From Bacteroidales bacterium (GTDB lineage: Bacteria > Bacteroidota > Bacteroidia > Bacteroidales > FEN-979): DNA of 64,000 nt. The notes beneath the pieces are model-generated. The model had not been told where the DNA came from. It saw only the letters and a program-made list of their open reading frames with translations, and made no database searches. Each line of letters opens with the position of its first letter. Position 1 is the stretch's first letter. Shown here piece by piece: positions 9,933 to 19,346 of this stretch. The stretch spans positions 28,917 through 92,916 of the forward strand of contig JADGPR010000002.1 in the NCBI GenBank assembly GCA_017882335.1, given 5' to 3'. The position numbers and the translations under genes were made by a program.

Positions 9933-9936
9933 TAAG

Positions 9937-10281
9937 ATGGAATCCACCCGGCAACAAAAAATTTCACGCCTGATCCAAAAAGATCTTGGCGCCATATTCC
10001 AGGAACAGGCACGCAATCATTTCAGTGGTGCGCTGATCACTGTTACCAAGGTCATTGTTACCAAAGACCTTTCCATGGCAAAGATCTATCTCAGTCTTTT
10101 TGCAACAAAAGATAAAAACGCATTGCTCGAAATGATCCGCACACGTACGCGGGAAGTTCGTCACGACCTGGGAACACGGGTCCGTAACCAGTTGCGCGTC
10201 ATCCCCGACCTGCAGTTCTTCCTCGACGATTCCTTGGATTATATCGACAATATTGATCATCTGTTACATGATAATTCCTGA
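9937..10281 (+). CDS. rbfA: ribosome-binding factor A
   Basis: MESTRQQKISRLIQKDLGAIF...VTKVIVTKDLSMAKIYLS matches the RbfA N-terminal pattern. The ORF-track start at 9829 runs through repeat DNA and is rejected. Confidence 0.85.
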   Translation: MESTRQQKISRLIQKDLGAIFQEQARNHFSGALITVTKVIVTKDLSMAKIYLSLFATKDKNALLEMIRTRTREVRHDLGTRVRNQLRVIPDLQFFLDDSLDYIDNIDHLLHDNS

Positions 10282-10307
10282 TCATCCGGCAAAACAATCC
10301 AAAACCT

Positions 10308-11117
10308 ATGCAGTACGATCCCATAAAAAAATCTCTGGGGAAACTCTTCAACAAAACACCGTTCCTCCGGATCCTCTTTTATAAACTCCTGAATATACTT
10401 CTCCTCCGAACATGGCATGTAAAAAAAGAGATCCGCGAATGGAGCAAAAACCATAAGGTAAAACAGCGTATCCTCGATGCCGGATCCGGCTTCGGACAAT
10501 ACACGTTTTTTATGTCGGGAATGAATAAAAAATGGACGGTTGAAGCAGTGGATGTAAAAGAGGAACAGATCGCCGACTGTAATGCTTTTTTCTCGCGTAT
10601 CGGCCGTGATAATGTCGTGTTCGGGATCGCTGACCTGACCACTTACAACCGGCCTGAAGCTTTTAATATGATCCTTTCTGTGGATGTCATGGAACACATC
10701 AAAGACGATGAACAGGTCTTCCGGAATTTTAATAATGCCCTTACCAGGGAAGGAATGCTGCTGATCTCGACGCCATCCGACCAGGGAGGCTCAGATGTTC
10801 ATGATCATGGAGAAGAAGCATCTTTTATTGATGAACATGTTCGTGACGGTTATAACATCGATGAAATACAGGAGAAGCTGAAAAGGGCCGGGTTTACTAA
10901 AACTTCAGCCCGTTACGCCTATGGGAAACCCGGCCAGATCGGATGGCGGCTTTCCATGAAATATCCCATCCTGATGCTGAATACCTCAAAGTTTTTTTTC
11001 ATCTTTCTCCCCTTCTATTATATTCTGACTTTCCCGTTTGCACTGATCTTTAATTGGCTTGATCTGATAAAGCCACATAAGACGGGGACAGGGTTGATCG
11101 TTAAAGCCTATAAATAA
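10308..11117 (+). CDS. class I SAM-dependent methyltransferase with C-terminal membrane anchor
   Basis: Motif I ILDAGSGFGQY and post-II VDVMEHIKDDE, with two hydrophobic helices at the C-terminus. Confidence 0.7.
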   Translation: MQYDPIKKSLGKLFNKTPFLRILFYKLLNILLLRTWHVKKEIREWSKNHKVKQRILDAGSGFGQYTFFMSGMNKKWTVEAVDVKEEQIADCNAFFSRIGRDNVVFGIADLTTYNRPEAFNMILSVDVMEHIKDDEQVFRNFNNALTREGMLLISTPSDQGGSDVHDHGEEASFIDEHVRDGYNIDEIQEKLKRAGFTKTSARYAYGKPGQIGWRLSMKYPILMLNTSKFFFIFLPFYYILTFPFALIFNWLDLIKPHKTGTGLIVKAYK

Positions 11118-11159
11118 TTATTTACGAATGCATTCTCAGTTCACTGCCTGAAAGATTAA

Positions 11160-11183
11160 GTGGTGACATGGTGAATTGGTGAG
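11160..11183 (+). repeat. GTGGTGA-word block (GTGGTGAC ATGGTGAA TTGGTGAG)
   Basis: Same word family as the reverse complements of 46166-46197 and 48490-48523. Here it is in the sense orientation of the flanking genes. Confidence 0.75.
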
Positions 11184-11189
11184 TTTTTT

Positions 11190-11230
11190 CTGCGAAAATC
11201 AGCGCTTCATCTGCGAAAATCAGCGAGAAC
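11190..11230. repeat. solo arm of the CGCAGA/GCGAAAAT repeat family (CTGCGAAAATCAGCG x2 + AGAAC)
   Basis: Direct duplication of a 15-mer. The end CTGCGAAAATCAGCGAGAAC closely matches the right arms at 19494-19507 and 57726-57743. Confidence 0.75.
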
Positions 11231-11322
11231 CCTTTTTTCGAATATTTCTTTAACCGCATAGGATACAAAGGTTTTATGCAAAGTTCACAAAAAAATAAAT
11301 CGTAAATTCGCAAAAAAACCGC

Positions 11323-12561
11323 TTGAATTTCCCTTTTTACATAGCAAGGCGATACCTGGTTTCGAAGAAAACCCACAACATCATAAACATCATCTCCGGA
11401 ATCTCAGTTGCCGGGGTGATGATCTGCACCACTGCGCTGATCATTGTCCTCTCCGTATTCAGTGGGTTCGAACAACTGGTGATCTCGCTTTTCAATGCTT
11501 TTAATCCCGATCTGGAAATTACCCTGAAAGAAGGGAAAACTTTTGATTCAACCTTGCTTCCGGAAAATCAAATGCGGAAGATACCGGGAGTGGTTTACCT
11601 GGCAGAGGTGATCGAGGAAAATGCCCTGGTGAAATACAAAGACAAGCAATACATCGCAACCATAAAAGGAGTGGGAGAGGATTATGCAAAGATGTGCGGT
11701 CTCGATACCATGATGTCGGAAGGAAAATTCCTGTTACAGGAGGGTGATCACGATTTTGCGGTGCTGGGGTATGGGGTTGCCTATTACCTCGGTGCGAACC
11801 TGGATGATTATGCAAACCCGGTATCCATATATGTTCCGCGCCGGAATGCCAGTTTCTCGGGTGGGTTCGAGAATGCATTCAACAACGAGGTGATTTTCCC
11901 TTCGGGATTTTTTTCGGTACAGCAGGATTTCGACACCAAATATGTGATCCTTCCCTTGCGATTCGTAAAAAAACTGCTTGAATATGACAAACAGGTCACA
12001 GGGCTGGAAATCGGGATCGCAAAGGGATCAGATGCTGAAAGGATCCAGCAACAGGTTACAAAACTGGCCGGGGATAAATTTTATATCAAAAACCGTTTCC
12101 AGCAGCAGGAGTTGCTTTACAAGATCATGAAATCTGAAAAATGGGCCATTTTCCTCATCCTTTCATTTATCCTTATCATCGCTACTTTTAATGTGATCGG
12201 ATCCTTATCGATGTTGATCCTCGATAAAAAACGCGACATCGCCGTTCTGCAATGCCTTGGCGCCAGCCAGTCAAAGGTAAAAAGGATCTTCCTGGCCGAA
12301 GGATTGCTGATCTCCTTCATTGGCGCTGTTGGGGGATTGATCCTCGGCGCCGTCACCTGTTTTTTGCAGCAAAAGTATGGCTTTGTCCAACTCGGTTCAG
12401 CAAACAGCACTTTCGTTGTCAATGCCTATCCTGTACACATGCAGATCCAGGATTTCATCTTTGTATTTTTTACGGTCATGCTGATTGGCAGTATCGCTAC
12501 CTGGTACCCGGTTTTCAACATCCGTAAGATCGAAACGCATATTCTCAACCAACGATATTGA
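11323..12561 (+). CDS. LolC/LolE-like FtsX-family ABC transporter permease
   Basis: N-terminus (M)NFPFYIARRYLVSKK, a large periplasmic loop and a C-terminal FtsX 3-TM module. TTG start. Confidence 0.85.
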   Translation: MNFPFYIARRYLVSKKTHNIINIISGISVAGVMICTTALIIVLSVFSGFEQLVISLFNAFNPDLEITLKEGKTFDSTLLPENQMRKIPGVVYLAEVIEENALVKYKDKQYIATIKGVGEDYAKMCGLDTMMSEGKFLLQEGDHDFAVLGYGVAYYLGANLDDYANPVSIYVPRRNASFSGGFENAFNNEVIFPSGFFSVQQDFDTKYVILPLRFVKKLLEYDKQVTGLEIGIAKGSDAERIQQQVTKLAGDKFYIKNRFQQQELLYKIMKSEKWAIFLILSFILIIATFNVIGSLSMLILDKKRDIAVLQCLGASQSKVKRIFLAEGLLISFIGAVGGLILGAVTCFLQQKYGFVQLGSANSTFVVNAYPVHMQIQDFIFVFFTVMLIGSIATWYPVFNIRKIETHILNQRY

Positions 12562-12726
12562 AAAACCATTTTATAGACAACCTATATTTCGGCTGTTCGA
12601 GTTTGCAAAAAAATGCAAACTCAAACGCTCAGTATAACTGAATCTAAGCATTTTTGCTTTCGCAAACCTGCCAAGATTCAGTATAACATCTGGTTTAGCG
12701 TCTGTATGAGAGATCATTAAATTACT

Positions 12727-12734
12727 TATCTTTG
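12727..12734 (+). promoter_or_regulatory. candidate -7 box (TATCTTTG)
   Basis: TAnnTTTG match 42 nt upstream of the ATG at 12776. Confidence 0.45.
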
Positions 12735-12775
12735 TTTTTTCTATCCTTTAGTTTTTATCAACCCTTTCAAAAGCA

Positions 12776-15700
12776 ATGGGAAAAAAATCCACCCTTTTTC
12801 AATCGGTCAAGACTTTCCTGCTTCTTTTCCTGAGTATTATCCTTTTGTCCGGGACTGTTTTTTCAGGTGAAATTCGTGTCAACAATGGCAATACGGAGGT
12901 TCGGATTACTGCAAACACTTACCAGGCGCTTTCATTTTCGGCATCTCTTTCTACCATCCAATACCGGAATGTGCAAACCAAACTCGGTCCGTTCAATGAG
13001 ATCTTTGTTCAGGGATATGGTTACAGTAACACGGTGGGCGATCCAAAGCTCCCGGTGTTTCATAAGCTTATCGAGATCCCGCTGAACGCAGGCTTTTCCA
13101 TCCAGATCACACAGGAGAAATACAAGGAATATGATCTTTCTTCCTTCGGGATCAATGATCGCATTATCCCGGCACAGGCGCCGGTATCCAAAAACATTAC
13201 AGACCCAAACCAAATCCCATTTATTCTGAATGCCATTACTTATCAGATGAATCAATGGCTGGGCAGTCCGATTGTGATGATCACCCCTGTCGGAATCTTG
13301 CGGTCGTTGAACCTGGCACAATTAGACATTTCACCGGTATGGTATAATCCGGTAACCGGTAAACTGCGGGTTTACGAACAGCTTGATGTTACGGTGCTAT
13401 TCACGAATTCGGACATTTCATCAACAATTCAACTCAAAAGACAAACCTACTCTCCTTATTTTTCAAACCTGTTTGCAGGGGTTGTCAACTACAAACAAAT
13501 GCCCGACAGCCTGATCACCAATGCGCCGGTGACCTATGTCATCATTTCCGCGCCTGCCTTTCAAACTGCTCTCCAGTCCTTCATCGCATGGAAAAAGAAA
13601 AAAGGATTCAATGTCATTGTGGGTTATACCAATAACCCGGTTGTAGGAACGACCACTACCGCTATAAAAAACTACCTCCAGGGCCTTTACAACAATCCCC
13701 CCACTGGCTATCAGAAACCCAGTTTTGTATTGTTTGTTGGCGATGTAGGACAGATACCGGCATGGACGACGAATGGCCATCCTTCCGACCTATATTATTG
13801 CGATTATACCGGTGACAATATACCTGAAGTGTTTTACGGCAGGTTTTCGGCGCAAAACGTCACACAGCTTCAGCCTTATATCGACAAAACGCTCGAATAT
13901 GAACAATACACAATGCCTTCCGATGCATTTCTCGGGGAAGTCTCTATGATAGCCGGCGCCGACCCAAATAATGGACCACTTTATGGGAACGGTCAGATCA
14001 ACTATGGCACTAACAATTATTTCAATACGGCTCATGCATTGCTTTCACATACTTACCTTCAGCCAGAACCCGGCGGCGGCAATTACACTCAGAATATACA
14101 CCAGGATGTTTCCAACGGCGTTGCCTTGTCAAATTATACCGCCCATGGAAGTGAAGCCGGGTGGGCTGATCCGTCATTCCTCATTTCAGATATTGCACTA
14201 TTACAGAACGATCACAAATATTGCCTGATGGTTGGGAATTGCTGCAAGACATCCAATTTCGGGACCACCTGTTTTGCCGAAGAGATCACCCGGGCGGCGC
14301 ATAAAGGTGCACTGGGGTACATCGGTTGTTCGGATTATTCGTATTGGGATGAAGATTACTGGTGGGCCTGCGGATTCAAAGCCGTGACGACAAACCCTCT
14401 CTATGCCCCCCAGCACCTGGGTGCTTATGATGTGACCTTTCATGACCACGGAGAAAGTCCTTCCAAATGGTTTGTTACCATGGGACAGATGGTTGTTGGC
14501 GGCCAACTAGCCGTGCAAGAATCCTCCTCCGGAATGAGGCTATACTATTGGGAAACCTATTGCCTGATGGGAGACCCTTCCCTGAGCATTTATTATTCCG
14601 TTCCACCACCGATCGTTGCTTCCTATCCCCCAATAATCCTCGTAGGGGAGACCAACCTGGCCGTTACAACGGAACCTTATGCCTATGTTGCCCTGGCAGT
14701 CCACGACACATCCCTCCTGGATGCCCGGTGTGCCGATTCATCAGGGATCATTAACCTTACCTTCAGCCCGCTTACTTCACCAGATTCACTTTCTATCGTC
14801 ATCACGAAGCAAAACCGGAAACCGCATATCGGCATTATCCAGGTTATTCCTGCAACAGGGCCTTATGTGGTTCTTACAACTTATACCGTGAATGATTCAC
14901 TGGGTGGGAATAACAACCATAAACCGGATTACGGAGAATCGATTCTTCTGAATGTAACGGTGAAAAACATTGGTGTGCTGACCGCTTCAAATGTTGCGGG
15001 AACCTTATCTACCAGCGACACGAATGTTACCATTACCTCCGGATCCTTCAACTTTGGTTCCATTGCCGCCGGAGGAACGGTAACCGGGCAGAATGCCTTC
15101 GCCCTGACCCTGAAAAACAATGTGGCAGACCAGCACAATGTCTTTTGTACGCTGCTCCTTACCGACGGTACGAATTCATGGAATTCAACGCTGCTCCTTA
15201 CATTGAATGCGCCCATCCTGACCCCCGGAGCTGTCACAATACTTGACCCCTTACCGGGAGGAAATAACAATGGCATTCTTGACCCTGGCGAATTAGCCAC
15301 ATTGAGAATCGCCACCACCAATACGGGGCATGCATCTTCTTCCAATACCATTGCACACCTAACCGTTCCCTCTTCCTCCGCACCCTATATCCTGGTGTCA
15401 AATACCAGCTATTATCTTGGGAACTTGAGCCCCGGCGTTCCCGCTTTTACTGAATTTCCGGTAACAACAAACGGGATTACGCCTTTAGGAACAGCGGTGA
15501 ATCTCGATTACTTGGTAACAGGAGGTTTGTTAAACCAATATTCCGGCCTCGAAACGATCAACCTGATCATTGGTCAAACACCTACGTTCATCATGGGGAA
15601 TAATACCACTACTACCTGTGGCGGCAAGTTCTACGATTCAGGCGGACCCAATGTCAATTATAATGACAATGAAAGTTTTACATACACTTTTAACCCCGGC

Positions 15701-16687
15701 ACAACGGGAGCAAAGATCAAGGCGATTTTCTCGGCATTCGATGTTGAGCCCGAAACCAGTTGCGGTTACGACTGGCTGAAGGTCTTCAACGGACCTGATA
15801 TTGCTTCTCCATTGATCGGGACCTATTGCGGCGTGTCTATCCCCGGATCTTTTGAGAGCACAACCGGTTCCCTTACTTTTCAATTCAGTTCCGACTACAG
15901 CGAGAATTTTACAGGATGGGTTGCCGATATTTCCTGTATAGGCGGGCCGCTGAACCTGGCTGCCAATGCTTTTCCTACAGATGTCTGCCTTGGCAGTTCA
16001 TCCCAGCTTGTTGCAATTCCAACCGGTGGTTCGGGAAATTATACCTATCAGTGGAATCCGGTCACCTACCTCGACGATCCCACCAGCAGAACACCCGTTT
16101 CAACACCATTGGCAAACATCAGCTATACTGTTACCGTGAATGATGGCACTTCCTCACAGTCTTCAGGCGCTGTTTCCCTGACGGTTCATCCTTTACCTCT
16201 TACTCCTGTCATTACATTAACGAGCGGCTCATTAACATCCAGCTCTGCTACCGGCAACCAATGGTACCTCAATGATGCCCTGATTCCCGGTGCAACAGAT
16301 CCCGTGTATACTCCATCCACATCCGGAATCTATTATGTGATCGTCAGCGACCCGGTGAGCGGTTGCCCGTCATTGCCTTCCAACAACATCAATTTCCTGA
16401 TGACAGGAATCGATCCATCAGGTTTGGACGGATTGGTGAGTGTTTATCCAAATCCTTTCAGGGAAAAGATCACTATCTCCTACATATTGGAGGAAGCAGG
16501 CGCCGTGAAAATCTCTCTGTTCGATGCTTTCGGAAAAGAAATCCGGGTAATCCTGGCTCCTGAGCGGCAAAGTGCAGGAAAACACCAGGTTGAGATGACT
16601 GCTGGAAACCTCAACAATGGAGTCTATATCGTGAAGATCCAGACGCTTTCGTATTCCATATCAAAAAAGATCCTGTTAGTTTATTAA
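12776..16687 (+). CDS. peptidase C25 (gingipain) family protein with CUB-like domain and T9SS C-terminal sorting domain
   Basis: - Signal peptide and a propeptide-like N-terminus (GDPKLPVF).
- C25 core FVLFVGDVGQIPAW, PSDLYYCDY...VFYGRF.
- Catalytic-type His (YTAHGSEAGW) and Cys (LMVGNCCKTSNFG).
- CUB-like block CGGKFYDSGGPNVNY...CGYDWLKVFNG...GTYCG...FSSDYSENFTGW.
- C-terminal YPNPF...GVYIVKIQ CTD. Confidence 0.85.
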   Translation: MGKKSTLFQSVKTFLLLFLSIILLSGTVFSGEIRVNNGNTEVRITANTYQALSFSASLSTIQYRNVQTKLGPFNEIFVQGYGYSNTVGDPKLPVFHKLIEIPLNAGFSIQITQEKYKEYDLSSFGINDRIIPAQAPVSKNITDPNQIPFILNAITYQMNQWLGSPIVMITPVGILRSLNLAQLDISPVWYNPVTGKLRVYEQLDVTVLFTNSDISSTIQLKRQTYSPYFSNLFAGVVNYKQMPDSLITNAPVTYVIISAPAFQTALQSFIAWKKKKGFNVIVGYTNNPVVGTTTTAIKNYLQGLYNNPPTGYQKPSFVLFVGDVGQIPAWTTNGHPSDLYYCDYTGDNIPEVFYGRFSAQNVTQLQPYIDKTLEYEQYTMPSDAFLGEVSMIAGADPNNGPLYGNGQINYGTNNYFNTAHALLSHTYLQPEPGGGNYTQNIHQDVSNGVALSNYTAHGSEAGWADPSFLISDIALLQNDHKYCLMVGNCCKTSNFGTTCFAEEITRAAHKGALGYIGCSDYSYWDEDYWWACGFKAVTTNPLYAPQHLGAYDVTFHDHGESPSKWFVTMGQMVVGGQLAVQESSSGMRLYYWETYCLMGDPSLSIYYSVPPPIVASYPPIILVGETNLAVTTEPYAYVALAVHDTSLLDARCADSSGIINLTFSPLTSPDSLSIVITKQNRKPHIGIIQVIPATGPYVVLTTYTVNDSLGGNNNHKPDYGESILLNVTVKNIGVLTASNVAGTLSTSDTNVTITSGSFNFGSIAAGGTVTGQNAFALTLKNNVADQHNVFCTLLLTDGTNSWNSTLLLTLNAPILTPGAVTILDPLPGGNNNGILDPGELATLRIATTNTGHASSSNTIAHLTVPSSSAPYILVSNTSYYLGNLSPGVPAFTEFPVTTNGITPLGTAVNLDYLVTGGLLNQYSGLETINLIIGQTPTFIMGNNTTTTCGGKFYDSGGPNVNYNDNESFTYTFNPGTTGAKIKAIFSAFDVEPETSCGYDWLKVFNGPDIASPLIGTYCGVSIPGSFESTTGSLTFQFSSDYSENFTGWVADISCIGGPLNLAANAFPTDVCLGSSSQLVAIPTGGSGNYTYQWNPVTYLDDPTSRTPVSTPLANISYTVTVNDGTSSQSSGAVSLTVHPLPLTPVITLTSGSLTSSSATGNQWYLNDALIPGATDPVYTPSTSGIYYVIVSDPVSGCPSLPSNNINFLMTGIDPSGLDGLVSVYPNPFREKITISYILEEAGAVKISLFDAFGKEIRVILAPERQSAGKHQVEMTAGNLNNGVYIVKIQTLSYSISKKILLVY

Positions 16688-16737
16688 TTTTCTCATTCAA
16701 GTATAGATCCTTTATGTATCATGAAAAATCAAATCCC

Positions 16738-19272
16738 ATGAAAAAACTTTACCTTTCTTTATTCATTATTCTCGCAGCAACTCCAGGATTCAGTTCACGA
16801 TGGATCGCGATTAGCAGTTCAAATCCTGTTGCAGCAAAGATCTCACTGGTTTCTTCGGACATGGTACAATCGAGGGTTCAGTTCACCCTCCCTGGATTCA
16901 ACCTTCATGAGGTTATAACACCCAACGGGCCTGCATTTACAATCGATATTAAAAAGGGTTCACCCATAGAAGTTACCGGTGCCCCTGATCTGCCAAAACT
17001 CACGGCATCATTGGTGATCCCGGATAATGCCGAAATGGAAATTGTTGTGATTTCATCTTCCTACAAGGATTTTCCAGGAATGGATATCGCACCTTCAAAA
17101 GGAGTGCTTACAAGAGACATTGACCCGGCTACTGTTCCTTATCGGTATGGGAACGAATACAGTCGTAATGCATTTTACCCGGGAACGATCACCGACCTGC
17201 GCGATCCTTATATCCTCAGGGATCTCCGTGGCCAGACCCTCATCGTTTATCCTTTCCAATATAACCCGGTTACAAAAGTCCTGCGTGTATACAATGATCT
17301 TACCGTTGAGGTTCGGAAAGTCAGCGATAACGGCGTGAATCCTTTTGTGAGAAAAACAAAAGACATCCGGGTCAACAAGGAATTCAATGCTATCTATTCC
17401 AGGCATTTTCTGAATTATGGACCGATGAACTATATCCCATTGAACGATTACGGAAATATCCTGGTTATTTCTTACGGGACATTCATGACTGCCATGCAAC
17501 CCTATGTAAATTGGAAAAGATCAATCGGATTTCCTACGACGATGGTTAGTATCGACTCAGTGGGAACGACCTCTGCCCAGATCAAACAATTCATCACCGA
17601 TTATTATAATGCACACGGCCTGACATTTGTGTTGCTCGTCGGCGATAACGCGCAAATAAAAACCTACCAGGGCAGCGGCGTTGGCGGTCCATCTGATAAT
17701 TACTACGGATACATTGTCGGGAACGATCATTATGCCGATGTATTTATCGGGCGATTTTCTGCAGAAACCGTTGACCAGGTGAATACCCAGGTTCAACGAA
17801 CCGTCGATTATGAAAAAAATCCTCAATTCCGCAGTGATAATTGGTTAACCTCGGTGATCGGAATCGGTTCCGACCAGGGTCCTGGTGATGACGGTGAATA
17901 CGACTACCAGCACATCCGCAATCAGCAGTCGCAATTGCTGGCTTATACCTTTAACTGGAATCCTGAATTGTTCGACGGATCCCAGGGTGGTAATGACGCA
18001 GCCGGCAATCCCAGCCCTGCAAATGTTACCACGGCCGTGAATGACGGAGCAAGCCTGATCCTATATTGCGGACATGGAAGTATGACTTCCTGGGGAACCA
18101 CCGGCTTCAGCAATTCAAACGTAAATGCCCTCACCAACCAGGGGAAACTACCTTTTATCTGGTCGGTTGCCTGTGTGAACGGGGAATTCATGAATGGAAC
18201 CTGTTTTGCTGAAGCATGGCTCAGGGCAAGCAAAAACGGGCAACCTACCGGCGCTATTGCTTTCTTCGGTTCCACCATCAACCAGAGTTGGAATTCACCC
18301 ATGGCAGGCGAGGATGAGATGACGGATATCCTTGCCGAATCATACCCGGATAATATCAAACGGACCTTTGCAGGACTATCGCTGAACGGCTGTATGGAAA
18401 TGATCGATGAATATGGCACCGATGGTGAAAACATGGCCGATACCTGGACAGTTTTCGGGGATCCTTCCATTATGATCAGGACCAAGAACCCCGACACCCT
18501 CATCGTATCCCATGCCTCTTTCCTGCCACTGGAAGCTACATCCTTGCTGGTCACCTGCAATGAAAACGGTGCAAGGGCTACGCTCTCGCTTCACGATATC
18601 ATTCTTGCCACAGGACTGGTCAACAACGATACAGTATTGTTTTCTTTCCCGGCCTTGCTTAACCCGGATGACACAGTTCTTTTAACGGTCAGCAGCTACA
18701 ACGCGATCCCCTACCAATCGAACATTTATATCATTGCCCCGGTAGTTGCAGATTTCACCGGGACTCCTCTTCTGGTGTTAACCGGAAGTTCTGTGACTTT
18801 CACCGATCACTCAACCGGGAACCCCGTTTCCTGGAACTGGAGTTTCCCCGGTGGCACGCCGGCATCGTCGGCCTTGCAAAACCCGGTCATTACTTATTCC
18901 CTGAAAGGAACCTTTGATGTTCAGTTGATCGTCCTTAACGGTGCTTCTTCCGATACCATTGATAAAATAAATTACATAGAAGCAGATTATCCTACCAGGG
19001 TTGAAAACCTGTCTGCCAACCTTACCATTGCAGTTATTCCAAACCCAAATAACGGAGTTTTCAAGGTCTCTGTAGGAACTTTTAAAGGCGACAGGATCAG
19101 CATGAGTGTATATAATCCTGTTGGAACTGTGGTTTATGAGGAACCGGATTTCGCAGTCAATGATAAGTCCGATAAGACGATTGACTTATCTACACTGAAA
19201 GAAGGCATCTATTTCCTAAAAGTGAAAGGTGATGCCGCAACGATAACTAGGAAAGTTATTATCCGGAAATAA
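16738..19272 (+). CDS. peptidase C25 (gingipain) family protein with PKD domain and T9SS C-terminal sorting domain
   Basis: - Motifs YCGHGSMTSWGTTGF and FIWSVACVNGEFMNG closely resemble the gingipain catalytic His/Cys motifs.
- PKD-like block VTFTDHSTGNPVSWNWSFPGGTP.
- CTD VIPNPNNGVFKV...GIYFLKVKG.
- Start taken at MKKLYLSLF. Confidence 0.85.
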   Translation: MKKLYLSLFIILAATPGFSSRWIAISSSNPVAAKISLVSSDMVQSRVQFTLPGFNLHEVITPNGPAFTIDIKKGSPIEVTGAPDLPKLTASLVIPDNAEMEIVVISSSYKDFPGMDIAPSKGVLTRDIDPATVPYRYGNEYSRNAFYPGTITDLRDPYILRDLRGQTLIVYPFQYNPVTKVLRVYNDLTVEVRKVSDNGVNPFVRKTKDIRVNKEFNAIYSRHFLNYGPMNYIPLNDYGNILVISYGTFMTAMQPYVNWKRSIGFPTTMVSIDSVGTTSAQIKQFITDYYNAHGLTFVLLVGDNAQIKTYQGSGVGGPSDNYYGYIVGNDHYADVFIGRFSAETVDQVNTQVQRTVDYEKNPQFRSDNWLTSVIGIGSDQGPGDDGEYDYQHIRNQQSQLLAYTFNWNPELFDGSQGGNDAAGNPSPANVTTAVNDGASLILYCGHGSMTSWGTTGFSNSNVNALTNQGKLPFIWSVACVNGEFMNGTCFAEAWLRASKNGQPTGAIAFFGSTINQSWNSPMAGEDEMTDILAESYPDNIKRTFAGLSLNGCMEMIDEYGTDGENMADTWTVFGDPSIMIRTKNPDTLIVSHASFLPLEATSLLVTCNENGARATLSLHDIILATGLVNNDTVLFSFPALLNPDDTVLLTVSSYNAIPYQSNIYIIAPVVADFTGTPLLVLTGSSVTFTDHSTGNPVSWNWSFPGGTPASSALQNPVITYSLKGTFDVQLIVLNGASSDTIDKINYIEADYPTRVENLSANLTIAVIPNPNNGVFKVSVGTFKGDRISMSVYNPVGTVVYEEPDFAVNDKSDKTIDLSTLKEGIYFLKVKGDAATITRKVIIRK

Positions 19273-19298
19273 TCTGCAGTTTTTTTACCACGATGTTT

Positions 19299-19334
19299 AC
19301 TCCTGAAGATTTTTTCAGGAACATCAAACAAGAT
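19299..19334. repeat. 36-nt module identical to 36807-36842
   Basis: ACTCCTGAAGATTTTTTCAGGAACATCAAACAAGAT occurs twice, 36/36 identical. It contains the hairpin CCTGAA-GATTTT-TTCAGG. Confidence 0.9.
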
Positions 19335-19346
19335 AATTTTAAAAAA

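Noticed and set aside
9829-9936. The 36-codon N-terminal extension of rbfA.
   Set aside because: It is encoded entirely by tandem-repeat DNA. A TAnnTTTG box sits between it and the canonical MESTRQQKISRL start.
12599-12623. The hairpin GAGTTTGCA-AAAAAAA-TGCAAACTC after the LolE-like gene as a rho-independent terminator.
   Set aside because: The stem is good (9 bp), but no U-run follows on the sense strand. It is therefore not annotated as a terminator and may belong to the repeat/hairpin population instead.
12776-16687. Calling the 1303-aa C25-family protein the T9SS sortase PorU.
   Set aside because: Its size is compatible, but no porV gene is adjacent. It carries a classic cleavable-type CTD and a CUB-like cargo-style domain, and it is followed by a second gingipain-like paralog. 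I cannot distinguish PorU from cargo C25 proteases without a profile search.
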